A DNA stretch of 45,042 bases from Candidatus Omnitrophota bacterium. Lineage in GTDB: Bacteria; Omnitrophota; Gorgyraeia; JABMRN01; RBG-13-46-9. This document shows positions 44,725 through 45,042 of this stretch, in pieces. The notes below the pieces were generated by a model. That model did no database searches, was not told where the DNA came from, and saw only the letters and a list, made by a program, of their open reading frames with translations. The stretch covers positions 1 to 45,042 of the forward strand of contig JAUWBJ010000003.1 of assembly GCA_030605095.1 (NCBI GenBank), in the 5' to 3' direction. The number at the start of each line of letters is the position of its first letter. Position 1 is the stretch's first letter. The position numbers and the translations under genes were made by a program.

Positions 44725-45042
44725 ATGATATATGATTTAATCATTATCGGCGCAGGGCCGGCGGGTATAACGGCAAGCGTTTATGCCGCGCGGAAAAGGA
44801 TGAATTTTTTAGTTATTACCAAAGATATAGGCGGGCAGACTGCCTTAAGCGGCGATGTAGAGAATTACACGGGATATCAATTTGTCACAGGGGCTGAACT
44901 TACTGCCAAATTTGAAGAACATATGAAAAAATATGGTGTTGGACTAAAAGAAGGCGAAGATGTAATTGAAATTAACAAAAAAGGTAATACCCTTTTCATT
45001 AAGACCGATAAAGCGACATACGAAAGTAAAACAGCAATAGTC
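44725..45042 (+). CDS. Thioredoxin reductase-like FAD-dependent oxidoreductase (5' partial, runs off the window)
   Basis: YDLIIIGAGPAGITASVYAAR dinucleotide motif. The frame is open to the window end. Confidence 0.7.
   Translation, partial: MIYDLIIIGAGPAGITASVYAARKRMNFLVITKDIGGQTALSGDVENYTGYQFVTGAELTAKFEEHMKKYGVGLKEGEDVIEINKKGNTLFIKTDKATYESKTAIV

Noticed and set aside
1-45042. tRNA, rRNA and CRISPR arrays.
   Set aside because: I saw no T-loop-like GGTTCGAATCC-type motifs in intergenic DNA. There is no intergenic space large enough for rRNA, and there are no regularly spaced direct repeats.

Overview
This is a 45-kb, tightly packed bacterial chromosome segment, transcribed almost entirely from the plus strand; comF is the only convincing minus-strand gene. 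LptF/LptG and HldD point to a Gram-negative envelope. CODH/ACS, rubrerythrin, superoxide reductase and desulforedoxin point to a strict anaerobe. I cannot assign a taxon from the sequence alone.

Layout:
- 0-13.3 kb, housekeeping: lptFG, a metallophosphoesterase, comF, a Na/Pi transporter with a PhoU-like protein, glgC, a GT4 glycosyltransferase, pcm, rpe, tal, mnmG and a LOG-family protein.
- 13.4-33.1 kb, one contiguous Wood-Ljungdahl / C1-folate supercluster: purH-folE-(228-aa MetE/MT2-like ORF)-fhs-fchA-metF-folD-cooS-cooF-[GIY-YIG insertion]-FAD oxidoreductase-acsB-acsC, then a structured 168-nt gap, then RACo/acsV-cooC-acsD-acsE.
- 33.1-37.1 kb: yjbQ, an HPS-RraA fusion, an orphan Pta-N-terminal-like protein, hldD and a NifU-like protein.
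- 37.1-38.7 kb: an AT-rich AbiEi/AbiEii type IV toxin-antitoxin (abortive infection) pair with a near-consensus promoter.
- 38.7-45.0 kb: a redox and oxygen-detoxification cluster with a flavoprotein, cysK, an Fe-ADH, an FNR-like reductase, an unannotated 41-aa desulforedoxin, rubrerythrin, a rubredoxin-SOR fusion, a glutaredoxin-like protein, a YHS-permease and a partial TrxR-like gene.

Most notable observations:
1. A 169-aa mini-intein splits acetyl-CoA synthase AcsB immediately before the Cys-Gly-Cys nickel-binding motif of the A-cluster.
2. A palindrome-bounded 332-bp insertion carries a GIY-YIG nuclease ORF plus a 39-bp ORF-less derivative. It sits exactly in what reconstructs as the GTGA stop/start overlap between cooF and its partner oxidoreductase.
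3. A compact MetE/MT2-like zinc-methyltransferase-like ORF is translationally coupled between folE and fhs.
4. A hairpin plus a 108-nt element with perfect 18-bp inverted termini splits the acs genes.

I saw no rRNA, tRNA or CRISPR array.
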